A stretch of 60,402 nt of DNA, the filler included, from Basidiobolus ranarum (taxonomy: Eukaryota), in assembly GCA_040143965.1 (NCBI GenBank). It is 6 parts of 6 records of this genome, joined end to end, with 100 filler letters (N's around TTAATTAATTAA, not from the genome) between each part and the next. Parts side by side here need not be neighbours in the genome. Positions count along the whole stretch, not along the records: positions 50,434 to 60,402 come from JASJQH010007635.1; 5 more parts are not named here. The stretch is one strand, 5' to 3'. The translations under genes and the position numbers were made by a program. Positions 50,588 through 60,402 of the stretch are shown here, one piece after another. Below the pieces are notes generated by a model. That model ran no database searches and was not told the origin of the DNA. It saw only the letters and a list, made by a program, of their open reading frames with translations. Within the stretch, counting starts at the first letter, position 1. Every line of letters starts with the position of its first letter.

Positions 50588-51058
50588 GAAAGTTTCCCAT
50601 AGACTATCAAAGCATTTTCTTTATTCCTTTGGTTGGATCCTAATTTGCCTAAATTTTCATCCAGAAGTCTGCCAAATACATAATTTAAGGTCAAATTTTC
50701 AGATTTTGATTCTAGAGCTATTACTGGGCTCTGAAACTTTTGTGGCAAACTACTCAGCACTGTAACCATGATTTCTTGATTAGTAGTAGGTACTCCAATG
50801 CATTCCATTTCATCCACTAAAATAGTGACTCTAATGATTAATGATTTAATGTCTTCTCCTGGCTTTATCTTTAAGTTAAAGAATTGTCTTCTTAGAAACA
50901 TCTTGTTTGCAGCAGGACTTGCTTGGTAGGTGTCTTCTAAGGCTCTCCATACCTTCTTGGCAGTTTCAGTTCTAGAACATTGAATTGGCAAATTTTCTTT
51001 AACATTAAGACAACTTGTTTTAAAGGCACTTTGTTCCTTTTTAACCTGGAGTAAAACT
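50588..51058 (-). mobile_element. Copia gag (UBN2-like) remnant
   Basis: TAKKVWRALEDTYQ...NKMFLRRQFFNLK...VLSSLPQKFQ...GRLLDE; homologous to the gag at 29561-30000. Confidence 0.85.
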
Positions 51059-51405
51059 TGTTAAAGTATTTGGGAGCCTGTTGGAAGTGGTTTGGAGAAT
51101 TAGAGGAATTGTTGGTTTTCACTTATCAATTTATTGAGTAGAAAGTTGACATTTATAATTTTGTCAAGATGTAAACAAACTAACATGTATAATGTGTTAA
51201 GGAAGGTCCCAGGAACATGTGTGCAAAGTGTGGGGCTTCTATCACAAGTTTGAAAAATCTATATATCTGAGATCTTCTAAGTAGGAAAAATGTTCTAAGT
51301 AAATTTCAACTGAGAACAATGGATAATATCTTAGTGAATTATAAGAAAACTAAGGACTAAGCTATATATGACTATATAGGTGTTTAGCCAAAGCTAATCT
51401 CAACA
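51059..51405 (-). mobile_element. Copia family A LTR (no TSD)
   Basis: Full-length TG...CA copy similar to 28256-28602; flanks AAACT/CTAAG do not match. Confidence 0.88.
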
Positions 51406-51798
51406 CTAAGCAAGTCTCTTCCAAGCTGCCAAGAAGATTTCCTATTACTGCAGATACTCCTCCTGCAGCCAACTGGACTGTATGCTACTTCAGCAATGCT
51501 GGTTATCTTCCTATATCTGAGCAAAGAAAATATCTCAAGGAGATAGGTATTTATATGCCAAGAATTATTAACCTTGAATATATTTCTAGAAACCTGTTAG
51601 AATTTATACTAGACCAGGATATTGCTGATCTTTTCATTGAAGTAGTCAAGGATCATCTTGAATGGGACCTCTTTGATCATACTTTTAGACAGCATATTGA
51701 CAGCCCTCTTTTTGCACCTTTTTCATTAGAAAAGGAACTCTTAGCCAGATTTTCTTGTCTGCTAAAAAACTCTCCCTCTCTTCAAGTCACCAATTTTA

Positions 51799-52160
51799 GT
51801 GTTCAGACAATGCTAATTTTAACATTTGGGAGTCTGTTGGAAGTAGTTTGGAGAATTAGAGAAATTGGTGGTTTTCACTTATTGATTTATTGAGTTGAAA
51901 GTTGTCATATATAGTTTTGTCAAGATGTAACCAAAATAACGTGTTGAATGTGTTAAAAAAGGTCCTAGGAGCATGTGTGCAAAGTTTGGGGCTTCTTGTG
52001 CAAGGTTGAAAAAATTTATATATCTGAGATCTAAGTTGGTAAAAATATTCAAGGTAAATTCTGATTGAGAATAATGGGTGATATCTTAGTGAAATATAGG
52101 ATAACCAAGTACCATGCTATTTATGACTATATCGGTGTTTAGACAATGCTAATTCCAACA
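51799..52160 (-). mobile_element. Copia family A LTR (51825-52160) fused to a 26-bp duplicate of the opposite LTR end (51799-51824)
   Basis: GTGTTCAGACAATGCTAATTTTAACA directly precedes TTTGGGAGTCTGTTGG; the copy ends GTGTTTAGACAATGCTAATTCCAACA. Confidence 0.82.
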
Positions 52161-52294
52161 CTAAAATGTATAACTGCTGTTCTTACGAGATTCCCAGTCC
52201 TAACCCTTACTAAGCTATATAAAGTGCAGTCTTGAAAGCAATTGATGGTCTGGGCACTAATTCTGTATAATCAGCACACTGTTTAATCACAAGG

Positions 52295-53182
52295 TTATGA
52301 ATGCATTTCAAGGACATCTCTAACCCAGTTGTTGAACTCGCACATAAGATGTTTCTGATGCTGTCTAATCATCCAGTTTAGGATTAACGCAGGGAACTCA
52401 ACCAGGAGTTTTAATCTCAGCCCTCCTGATTCTTTTCTTATCTGATGCCTCACGCCGCCAATGACAGCTCCACTTTTAGTACGTGCTACCCCAAACAGCT
52501 GTACATCGTATGTAGGATCCTTTTCTGAGCGCAGTCCTTCGGTCTCACCATAACAGATGTAGAACTGGGTGGGGAATGGAGACCCACCAGTTGTCTCAAT
52601 CACCTCCTGGGTATTATTGCCTGTGTTCGCTATCAAGTGGTGGTCAGGGCATGCCATGAGCCTCATTTTGTCATACTTTATGTCATCGTTCAGCATGATG
52701 TGGTTTAGTTTGTCCAAAAACTTGCTGGGCTCTAGATCAACACCGCCTATGGCGATCTCCACCACACTATACTTTCTTCTACCAAATGACAGAAAGCTGG
52801 CAATCTGCATCACAAGCTGGGAGAGGCTGAGATAGAAACCCAACTTCTTACGCATCTTGTCTTTGCCCACCTTGATCTTCAGCTCGGCTAAGCTATTTCT
52901 CTGTTCATCAAGAGTCTGATCGCCATATTCTTCCTTTATGTTCAACAGCCGATGAACAAAGCTAGTTACATGGGCCAATCGCTTCGCCTCCCATTCTCTG
53001 ATCATTTCATACGGGACTAATTTCCCATCAGCATATGTGTTTATCTCCACCCCGCGGCTGCAGGTGGGAAGATTGACGAGATCAGCTAACTTATGAGCCT
53101 CGGATGACATTCCTTGGGAAGCATCCATTTGTTTGGCATAGACATCACTTCCGGAGGTGTGACTTCTTCGGACTTCGCTCAT
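52295..53182 (-). CDS. Intronless 295-aa hypothetical protein, putative PhlG/Bet v1-like metal-dependent hydrolase, bacterial-like
   Basis: Long clean ORF with TATA-like element ~53204-53216; motifs ACPDHH, QEVIETTGGSP, GGVRHQ, VEFP and HLMCEFNNW. Function is inferred. Confidence 0.75.
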   Translation of the reverse strand: MSEVRRSHTSGSDVYAKQMDASQGMSSEAHKLADLVNLPTCSRGVEINTYADGKLVPYEMIREWEAKRLAHVTSFVHRLLNIKEEYGDQTLDEQRNSLAELKIKVGKDKMRKKLGFYLSLSQLVMQIASFLSFGRRKYSVVEIAIGGVDLEPSKFLDKLNHIMLNDDIKYDKMRLMACPDHHLIANTGNNTQEVIETTGGSPFPTQFYICYGETEGLRSEKDPTYDVQLFGVARTKSGAVIGGVRHQIRKESGGLRLKLLVEFPALILNWMIRQHQKHLMCEFNNWVRDVLEMHS

Positions 53183-56100
53183 TGAATTTGTGATATAACT
53201 GGCATATATATAAATAATACAGACCTCACCGTCTTGATTGCCTTTATAATGGCAGGTGTCAAATCCGCAATCACTCGCAGGAAATCTATTGGATCAATAT
53301 TTATATGAATATAGTAATATCTTATACCTAATGTGGCACAGATTCCTCTGGGGTATATTGAGTACAGATTGATTCTCAACATTGCTACTCTCACCAGATG
53401 ATTATTCTATTTAAGTATCTACCCAATCAACATCGAACCAGGAGGAGCACAGGTACAGTATGACAGTATAGGATTAATTAAATCCACTTCATTCTCGGTT
53501 ACATTCGGAATTCGGAACAAACCAACAGACGAGTCTTGCTTAAAAATAGATTCTTTTAGACACGATTTATACTCGACACAATTAATAAATCAACGCGTGA
53601 ATTTTCCCTCTGCTACTTATGCCGCATTTGTACTATGAAAGGGAAATTTGACAAGTCATGACTTTGGGCCGCCCTAATACTGTTGCTCAGGCCTTGACAA
53701 TATACTCGCTTAACCACATACTAAGTTGTTCAAATGACTTTATTTGATCCATGATAAAAAAATTGCGTTAATATACTGATGCACATCATAGATCCACCGG
53801 ATTAGTTAAAGTTGAATTATGAACTTAGTCACTACGGGTCCTGGATCGGTAGTCAAAGCTGATTTACCATGCGAATGGTTAATTGAGTCCCATCCGAATC
53901 TGTGGACTCAAATAGGGATCGAAACCCTCATGGTGACGAAATACTTCAGCCTTTCGGGAATTCTAAAGTGTTGATACTTCATTGTACGATGAATTGTCAG
54001 AATGCTATCAACATGTGTAGAATATCATTGTGGTAACAATCACAAATCCCTCCAATCGATATAAACTTTTTCCAGGATTGAACTGGCGACCTTTAATTTA
54101 CGAGACTGACGTGCTAAGCAGGTATCTGACCGTTGCGTTGCCAAATAAAGTTGACCTTCGTGGTAAATGGAATCACCCTATCACTGGCTGGTCACCTACA
54201 TCTATGAAGCTTCACTCATCTGTGTTAAAGATTGCCGTTCCTACAACGTTCGAAGTGGTAGTATAAAAGTGTCTCACGGGATGTAGTTACTATAGATATT
54301 TATTCAAACTAATATTGATATTCGTAGATTCAATTCGCTGTCCTAACCAAACTCAGCTTTGTTATGTTGTATATGTGATTACCGCTGATTACTAATTCCT
54401 TCATTTCCTTATTGAGCAGCAATAGAGTCTTGCTTACCTAATTGTTATTTCGCTTTAAGATTTCCTTTGAAACCATATCAATGTGCATTCTCACACCTGT
54501 AAATAAGTTAATAAAGTACTGAAGACTACTGTTCCCCTTTTCCTAGACCTACTACTATAGTCACAACTGTATCCCAGCACCTTGACAGTGGTGCTCATCA
54601 ATGTGTGATAACAAAAACTGTTGTCACTTATAGGTAAGAGTACCCATGAAGATACAGGAACGGGAGAAGTTATCCTTCTTTTTCCTTCACATATTAGTGT
54701 GGGGCCGTCTTAAGACAAGGCATAAAGGGAGCAACATATATGCTAGAATAAGGGTGTATGCAAGTAGGCAATAATTATGTACTAAAGCTGATTAAAATCA
54801 AGGGCTTAGAGAATTAGCATTATCACTATGATAATCTTTCCCTAGCAGAAATTTGGCCAAAAAATAAGGGAATCCAAGAAGAAAAACAGCAAAATTCCAG
54901 GTTTTGTTGAACAACTCACAGAAATCGGGGTAAGGGGCTATATCTTAGTATACAAAAATATCGTATTTATTGGCACTCTACTACACTGTTTACGCACTTA
55001 GATTTGTTTCATTGGTTATCACTGAAGTTGCGTGCTTTGTTAGGGCTAATAAAGCCTTTGGACTATGGAGGTACTTTCTTTCTTCAGGCTGGATTTTATA
55101 TACAACGCTTCATATGCCTTGGAGAATACTTACGTCCCTGCACTTGGCGTTGGTATTTGCTCCAAGTTCTATAGTGCAAGTGTAAATATCTTATCGAATG
55201 TATTATATGAAATTCAATGGCACTCAATATGTCGGTGTGGAAAGGTATTCAGATAGAATTTAATACAAGGGTCTTTCACAGCACAATTCAATTTGGTAAA
55301 TAATTCTCCGTTGCCCAACCATTTCATTCTCATCCGCTAGTTACTATTAAACAAACTCCAAATAACTGATTTGTAGGAAAATCCACTTCATGCAGGAACG
55401 TACTAACAAAAGCAATATGACATTCTACATAAATTCTTGACCACATGATAAGAGGAGGTTAGTTAATCCAATTGCTGTTGTTAAATGATTCTAAGTTTAA
55501 TGGTTGCATAAAGTTGCTGTGTAAAGATTAGCATACAAATAAACAAAAATGAATATTAAGATTGGTTGGTTAATAGATTAGTTCGTTGATATGCACTAGC
55601 AAACAAAAATCTGATCGAAGCAATCCATTTGTTGTCACCAAGTTGCAAGTTACTATGCCCATGCTCAGCAAGCCTAATCAATCACCTTGTCCTGTTCTGC
55701 TTGGTCTGGTAAAACTCGTAACAATTGGTTCGCTCATCTCTGGCACCACCGATAAATAGTGGCTCCCCTCTGCCATCAGAGTGCAGGATTTCCTGGTTGC
55801 CCATGTCTTTTTTGACTTTCAACGGTGTCCAAACTCCATCCATGGCGGCGAAAGGCTGAATCCATTTGTCGCTATATAGCGATACTGCAATGGGGAATTT
55901 CCCATTGGAATAATAAACCTCTTTCTGATCAATATGGACTTGCTCATTTGTTGGCCAATATTTGGAAATATTGTTAAGCGCACTGTTTACTAAGAACACC
56001 TCTTATTTTCGAATTACATGATATTAATCAAACTATGGACAACCGAGAGTATATGATTAAATTCAAATGACTGCGATTATTTAGGTTCTTCACTGCATGT

Positions 56101-58339
56101 GATTGCTCTCTGTTTTTACATGAGGTTTTCATTTAGCGATTAGTCGTTAGCGAAACTTCTGTTTCCTTGATGGCATTGAATATACCGTTGTTCATAAGTA
56201 ATACAGTCTAGATTAGTGATTGAATATGTGGAAAATCTGAAAATGATATAATCTGTTTCGAACAATGTCCTTGAGCTTGACCATGTGCAGCCACACAATC
56301 GAAGACGTTGTACTGACTGGTATGCAAATTCAATTGTATTTCAAGTACATTCCCCAATCCTCTCCCAATGAATCTAGGCTGTTCTATTTCCAAAACTACT
56401 GGTTGTTTCACTTCAGTGATTCCTCTGCCCTTGTACTTCTGCAGAGTTCGTTTATACTTAGAGTAATGTTCAGTTTCTGCCACAAGTTTGCATAAGGCCT
56501 TGAAGTAGACTGAGTATCAGTAAACCTGACTCATTGCTAACTCTACTTCTCGTTTACCCGGATGACATACAACAGTCAACTACAATCCCGACCCTATCTT
56601 ATGGAACAACCTTTCATTTAACCATTCAGGAGAGGGCGATTTCACCAGAACAAATGAGTCTGGAATCAGATTATCAAGAATAATGAATTCATGGATATCG
56701 ACGGTTGCAATTGGAATGGGAAAGTAATAACAAGGCATTCGTTATTTATTTCCACGTACACGCGGCAAAGAGCTTTGTTGTTGTGTTGGTAGCTTAGGTA
56801 CTATTAATTTCAATCACTAGACAAGTATGTTAATTTCCAATCAGGACCAACCACCAGATGAGATAATCTTTTGGCAATCCCAAGTCTTTGCCACAATATG
56901 AGAAGATTCAGTCACGCTAAAGTCACCATGGTCACATTTGTGAAGTCGCGTTACTTGTGTCACTAGTAGGTTTGACACAGATTAAGGGATAGCGTTTGGA
57001 TAGGGCGGGGATAGCGTTGGAATTGGGTTGGGACAAACCGAATGACTCTATCGATGAAAAGTGCGTCAAAACCAATGGAAAGAGTCATGGAGCCCAATCC
57101 GCAAATAGTGCAACTCGGAATATTTTCCATCGAACCAACCGTTTATACACTGAAATGTTCTCACATAGTCAAGATCATGTGATACTGGAGTATCACCTAG
57201 ATAAGTAATATCTCCGAAGGGAAGAAATCTCAAAGTTGCTCAATTAACTCATAATCAGGATTTAGCAATGTTCTCATATACACATTATATTTGGACTCAT
57301 TGATATCCCAGATAAGGTGCCAATTTAGCCAAGTTTGTAGCAACTCGAAGTGTCCTCCATAACAATCCACCCTTCAACAGACCCGGGTGAATGTTGAGAG
57401 TGGATTTAGAACACGAACAAGCAGTAGACTTGAGTGACAATGCATTACTATATACAGTTAAAGATAGAATATAGTTACTTTATAGGATGCAATACACAAT
57501 ACGCATAAGAGTGTGAGTTGAATTGAGATGTAGGTAGACAATCGCTAATGCTTCAAGGTAATAAGGCACCCAAGTACACCTAACCACCAACGTACTACCC
57601 ATCCAAAGCACCGTTGGTGGTATGGCCAATGTGAACACTGCACCGATACCCGCCTAGTATGACAAGTATAAAGCTACTTGAAACGCAGCGTGGAGCATCC
57701 AGATATAAAAACTATCCGGTACATCCCACTACATTGATTCAAGAGTGTCTGTCCTAACCCTAAGGGTGTACATTCCAGAGGATCTGACATGGATTGGGGC
57801 AAAATCCGCCATAGATAATAATTAATAAATAATACAATCCTGTTCATTGTAGTCTCTGTGTCATCTCATATGTCACCTGGTATGGGTTGGGGTTAGGATA
57901 TAGTAATCATAGTGGGTGGCAGCATAAAGTTAGCAACATAGTAGCTAGTAGGATAGATCTACCACATACTGGACTATTTCTAGATTACTGTGCATTAACT
58001 CAGTTTACTATAGTAAAGGTTAAATTTTCATAAGAATTTCTACGCTCTGTAAGTAATGTTAATAAATCTTTGCACAGCAATAGGTTGCACCTTTTCAATC
58101 ATGTTACTCCAGTTTCACTCTGCAGTGATCGTAAGGCTCTTGTGGCACATTTCTACCGATGTGTAGTTACTATTTGAGTAAAATTAAAAACATTCTATTA
58201 TCAATATATAAAAGACTTTTACTGTCTGAGCATCGGCATCGCCTATATTCGTACTTTTATTACTACTTCCTTCTCTAGCGGTCACGAATATTACTACTCA
58301 AATCTCTAACCGTCACCTACTAGTGTAAAGGAATCTCAA

Positions 58340-59434
58340 ATGGCCGAACTGACGCCCGAGCAGCACGAAGTTCTAGCTACACTAATCAAAGTATTCTGTC
58401 CTATATCAGCTGTTTGCTCATTGACAGTAATTTTGATTGTGATGTATTTGAGTCGAAAATTCCCAAAAGACGCCAGCAGAATTTCGTTCAGGTTACAACT
58501 GGGCATGTGCTATGCAGATTTATTACTAGTCGCTACAGTACTAATCTCTGCCAATTTGCCAAAAAACGAGCACTTAGACTTGGGCTGTAAACTAACATTA
58601 TTCATATACATCTTCGCCTCAATCATGCTAGTGGCATTCGCTACGTGTATTGCTTTGAACCTAATGTTGGTTTTTATTTTCAATCGTTTGACTCGCAATT
58701 TACAAAAATACTACGTCTCTGCTTCATTAATTCTCTCCGCTGCCTGTGCCGCAATCCCTTTGATCTTCAACAAGTATGGCTACGATGTCCCAACAGATGC
58801 CTGCTGGTTTTATGATCGTGGGTCAGTGCAAGAACTAATCTGGGAATATGCTACTATGTTTTTCTGGATGATTATTGGCATCTTGTTTTGCATGATCGTA
58901 GTGATCATTGTGGCCAGAAAACTTATCCAAGAGAGCAACAAACTTAGCCGATCGTTGACACAGGAACTAAACGAAATGGCTCCCGAGCACTCAAAGCATA
59001 TCATGAAGCGCCGAGCGAAAGAAACTTCGAAAAAGGTCCATCGAGCCGTTCAACGAATTATTGGTTATCCGATAGTTCCTATTCTAACATATACATTCAC
59101 CATTGTAAAAACTCTCTACTCATTCACCCCTGCAAAGCACAATTATGTCATTGATTTCATCCGAGTAATGACTTCTTCTTCACCTGGTGTGTTCAATTTC
59201 ATAGCTTTTATGATGGATCCCATGCTCTATAAAGCTTACCAGCATTGGGTTGGTGGTCCAGTGGCTTCTGATGGAAAGGAAGAATGGCATGACTCTTTTG
59301 AGATGACGACGCATCCCAATAATCAGGAGGACAGTTTCTTTCCTTCAGATAGCAGCCCTATCATTACACTCGACGATGGTGAGCAAGGCTATCAAAGTAG
59401 AGTAACTGTGGCCCAAGTGCTAGCCTCATGCTGA
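58340..59434 (+). CDS. Intronless 7TM G-protein-coupled receptor (cAMP-receptor-like/Git3-like)
   Basis: Seven hydrophobic helices; RISFRL...ADL, Cys at TM3, CIALNL, YGYD...CWF, RIIGYPIVP, GVFNFIAFMMDP. Confidence 0.88.
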   Translation: MAELTPEQHEVLATLIKVFCPISAVCSLTVILIVMYLSRKFPKDASRISFRLQLGMCYADLLLVATVLISANLPKNEHLDLGCKLTLFIYIFASIMLVAFATCIALNLMLVFIFNRLTRNLQKYYVSASLILSAACAAIPLIFNKYGYDVPTDACWFYDRGSVQELIWEYATMFFWMIIGILFCMIVVIIVARKLIQESNKLSRSLTQELNEMAPEHSKHIMKRRAKETSKKVHRAVQRIIGYPIVPILTYTFTIVKTLYSFTPAKHNYVIDFIRVMTSSSPGVFNFIAFMMDPMLYKAYQHWVGGPVASDGKEEWHDSFEMTTHPNNQEDSFFPSDSSPIITLDDGEQGYQSRVTVAQVLASC

Positions 59435-60402
59435 GTATTCACATACCTAATAGAAGAGGTACTACCACCTCCTAACATCATTATCTCTTCTTGCCATAAC
59501 TCGCATTTTACTATAATTTAGTCGATGAGCTCCCCGACACACATCATCAGAATGTAAAGATAGTATAAATATTATTGAAGATGAGGCTGAGCGACGGATC
59601 CATATACTATTGGGCCAACACAATTCAATTCACTCATAAAACTGCATATCTTCTCAAAGTTCTACCAACTGTAACTTCCTGTAAATTTATTAAACAATGG
59701 CGTTGATTTTAAAAGTCTAAATCTCGAAAATCAGAACTTTGGGATATTAAGTGGCTGTTTCCAGATTCGATTACCTAGTGTTGTCTTTCAATTCAAGCAC
59801 TGCCACTTTTCGGCTTGGAGGAATTTGTCTTTATGAAAAGAAAGAATAAGCACTCATTAAGAATTATATATGGAAATGGAATTTCATTTAACTTATTTTG
59901 ATGAAATGAACTGTTCTGTCAATATTAGGAACCCTATCTCAGCATACGATTGCACTGGCTCGAGTTGTACAGAAAACATCTGTCAAATAAACCCAGTGCA
60001 ATCAGAAATGAAAGGTAATTCTTTCTGGAGCAATTCCCGTGTGTTCAAGTCAGTAATGAGCATAATAGGCTTATCGGTCGGTGACAAGGAAGGGAATGAA
60101 TTATTTTGAATACAATATTCTCACTTGGGGTTACAGCCACGTCCCAGATACCATCATAGCGTCTCCATGTTTGTGATATCCCTTTTCTACACTGCTCCAT
60201 GTAACTCGTTTTGTAATCCGCGATGTATTCGTATGGTCCCCCCCCCACCACATTGTGCTACCCCTCATTTAGAATCAGGAAAGGTGGTTTATCAGCCGTG
60301 ACCACTTACTGATCCTTTGCTACCATTCAGGAATGGATCCGTATGGAACCAAATATTCTGTGATATGTGGTAAGTTACAATTTCCAGTTACAGCATAGTG
60401 GG

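Noticed and set aside
53890-53975. tRNA gene suggested by a GGGTTTCGATCCC T-arm-like sequence on the minus strand
   Set aside because: No adequate D-arm, anticodon arm or acceptor stem.
50551-57896. Isolated CCCTAA/TTAGGG-like hexamers (50551, 52199, 57752, 57890)
   Set aside because: Single units only; no telomeric array.
60045-60402. Possible minus-strand gene fragment at the window end
   Set aside because: No recognisable motif or consistent frame.

Overview
Eukaryotic DNA from an early-diverging fungus (short spliceosomal introns, AT-rich; Basidiobolus/Zoopagomycota-like by inference only). The window is not one locus. It is six ~10-kb contigs of strictly decreasing length (10003, 9996, 9980, 9978, 9976, 9969 bp) joined by identical 100-bp N44-TTAATTAATTAA-N44 linkers, so adjacency across the gaps has no biological meaning. 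Housekeeping genes: eIF4G, CLC/Gef1-type anion transporter, Ric8, a coiled-coil protein, a mitochondrial carrier, an MFS transporter (partial), RPL37, CK2 beta, COX7, CSN7, lunapark, a MINDY deubiquitinase, sorting nexin Mvp1 and a 7TM receptor. There is also an ATP19 pseudogene and a convergent pair of small paralogous ORFs. Mobile DNA includes nested, CpG-depleted Ty1/Copia remnants, solo LTRs with 5-bp TSDs, and a long inverted repeat. The most notable item is the intron-containing C-terminal end of a Fanzor (eukaryotic TnpB-like RNA-guided nuclease; spliced CHGLLRCTNQNC...RLWNRDLAAVLN) at 40358-40715. It is followed by a 151-nt candidate omega-RNA region ending in a TA-flanked TIR, and a related terminus lies on the neighbouring contig. 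Other leads are an intronless bacterial-like PhlG-type hydrolase candidate and a Ser-to-Asp change in the CLC selectivity filter.
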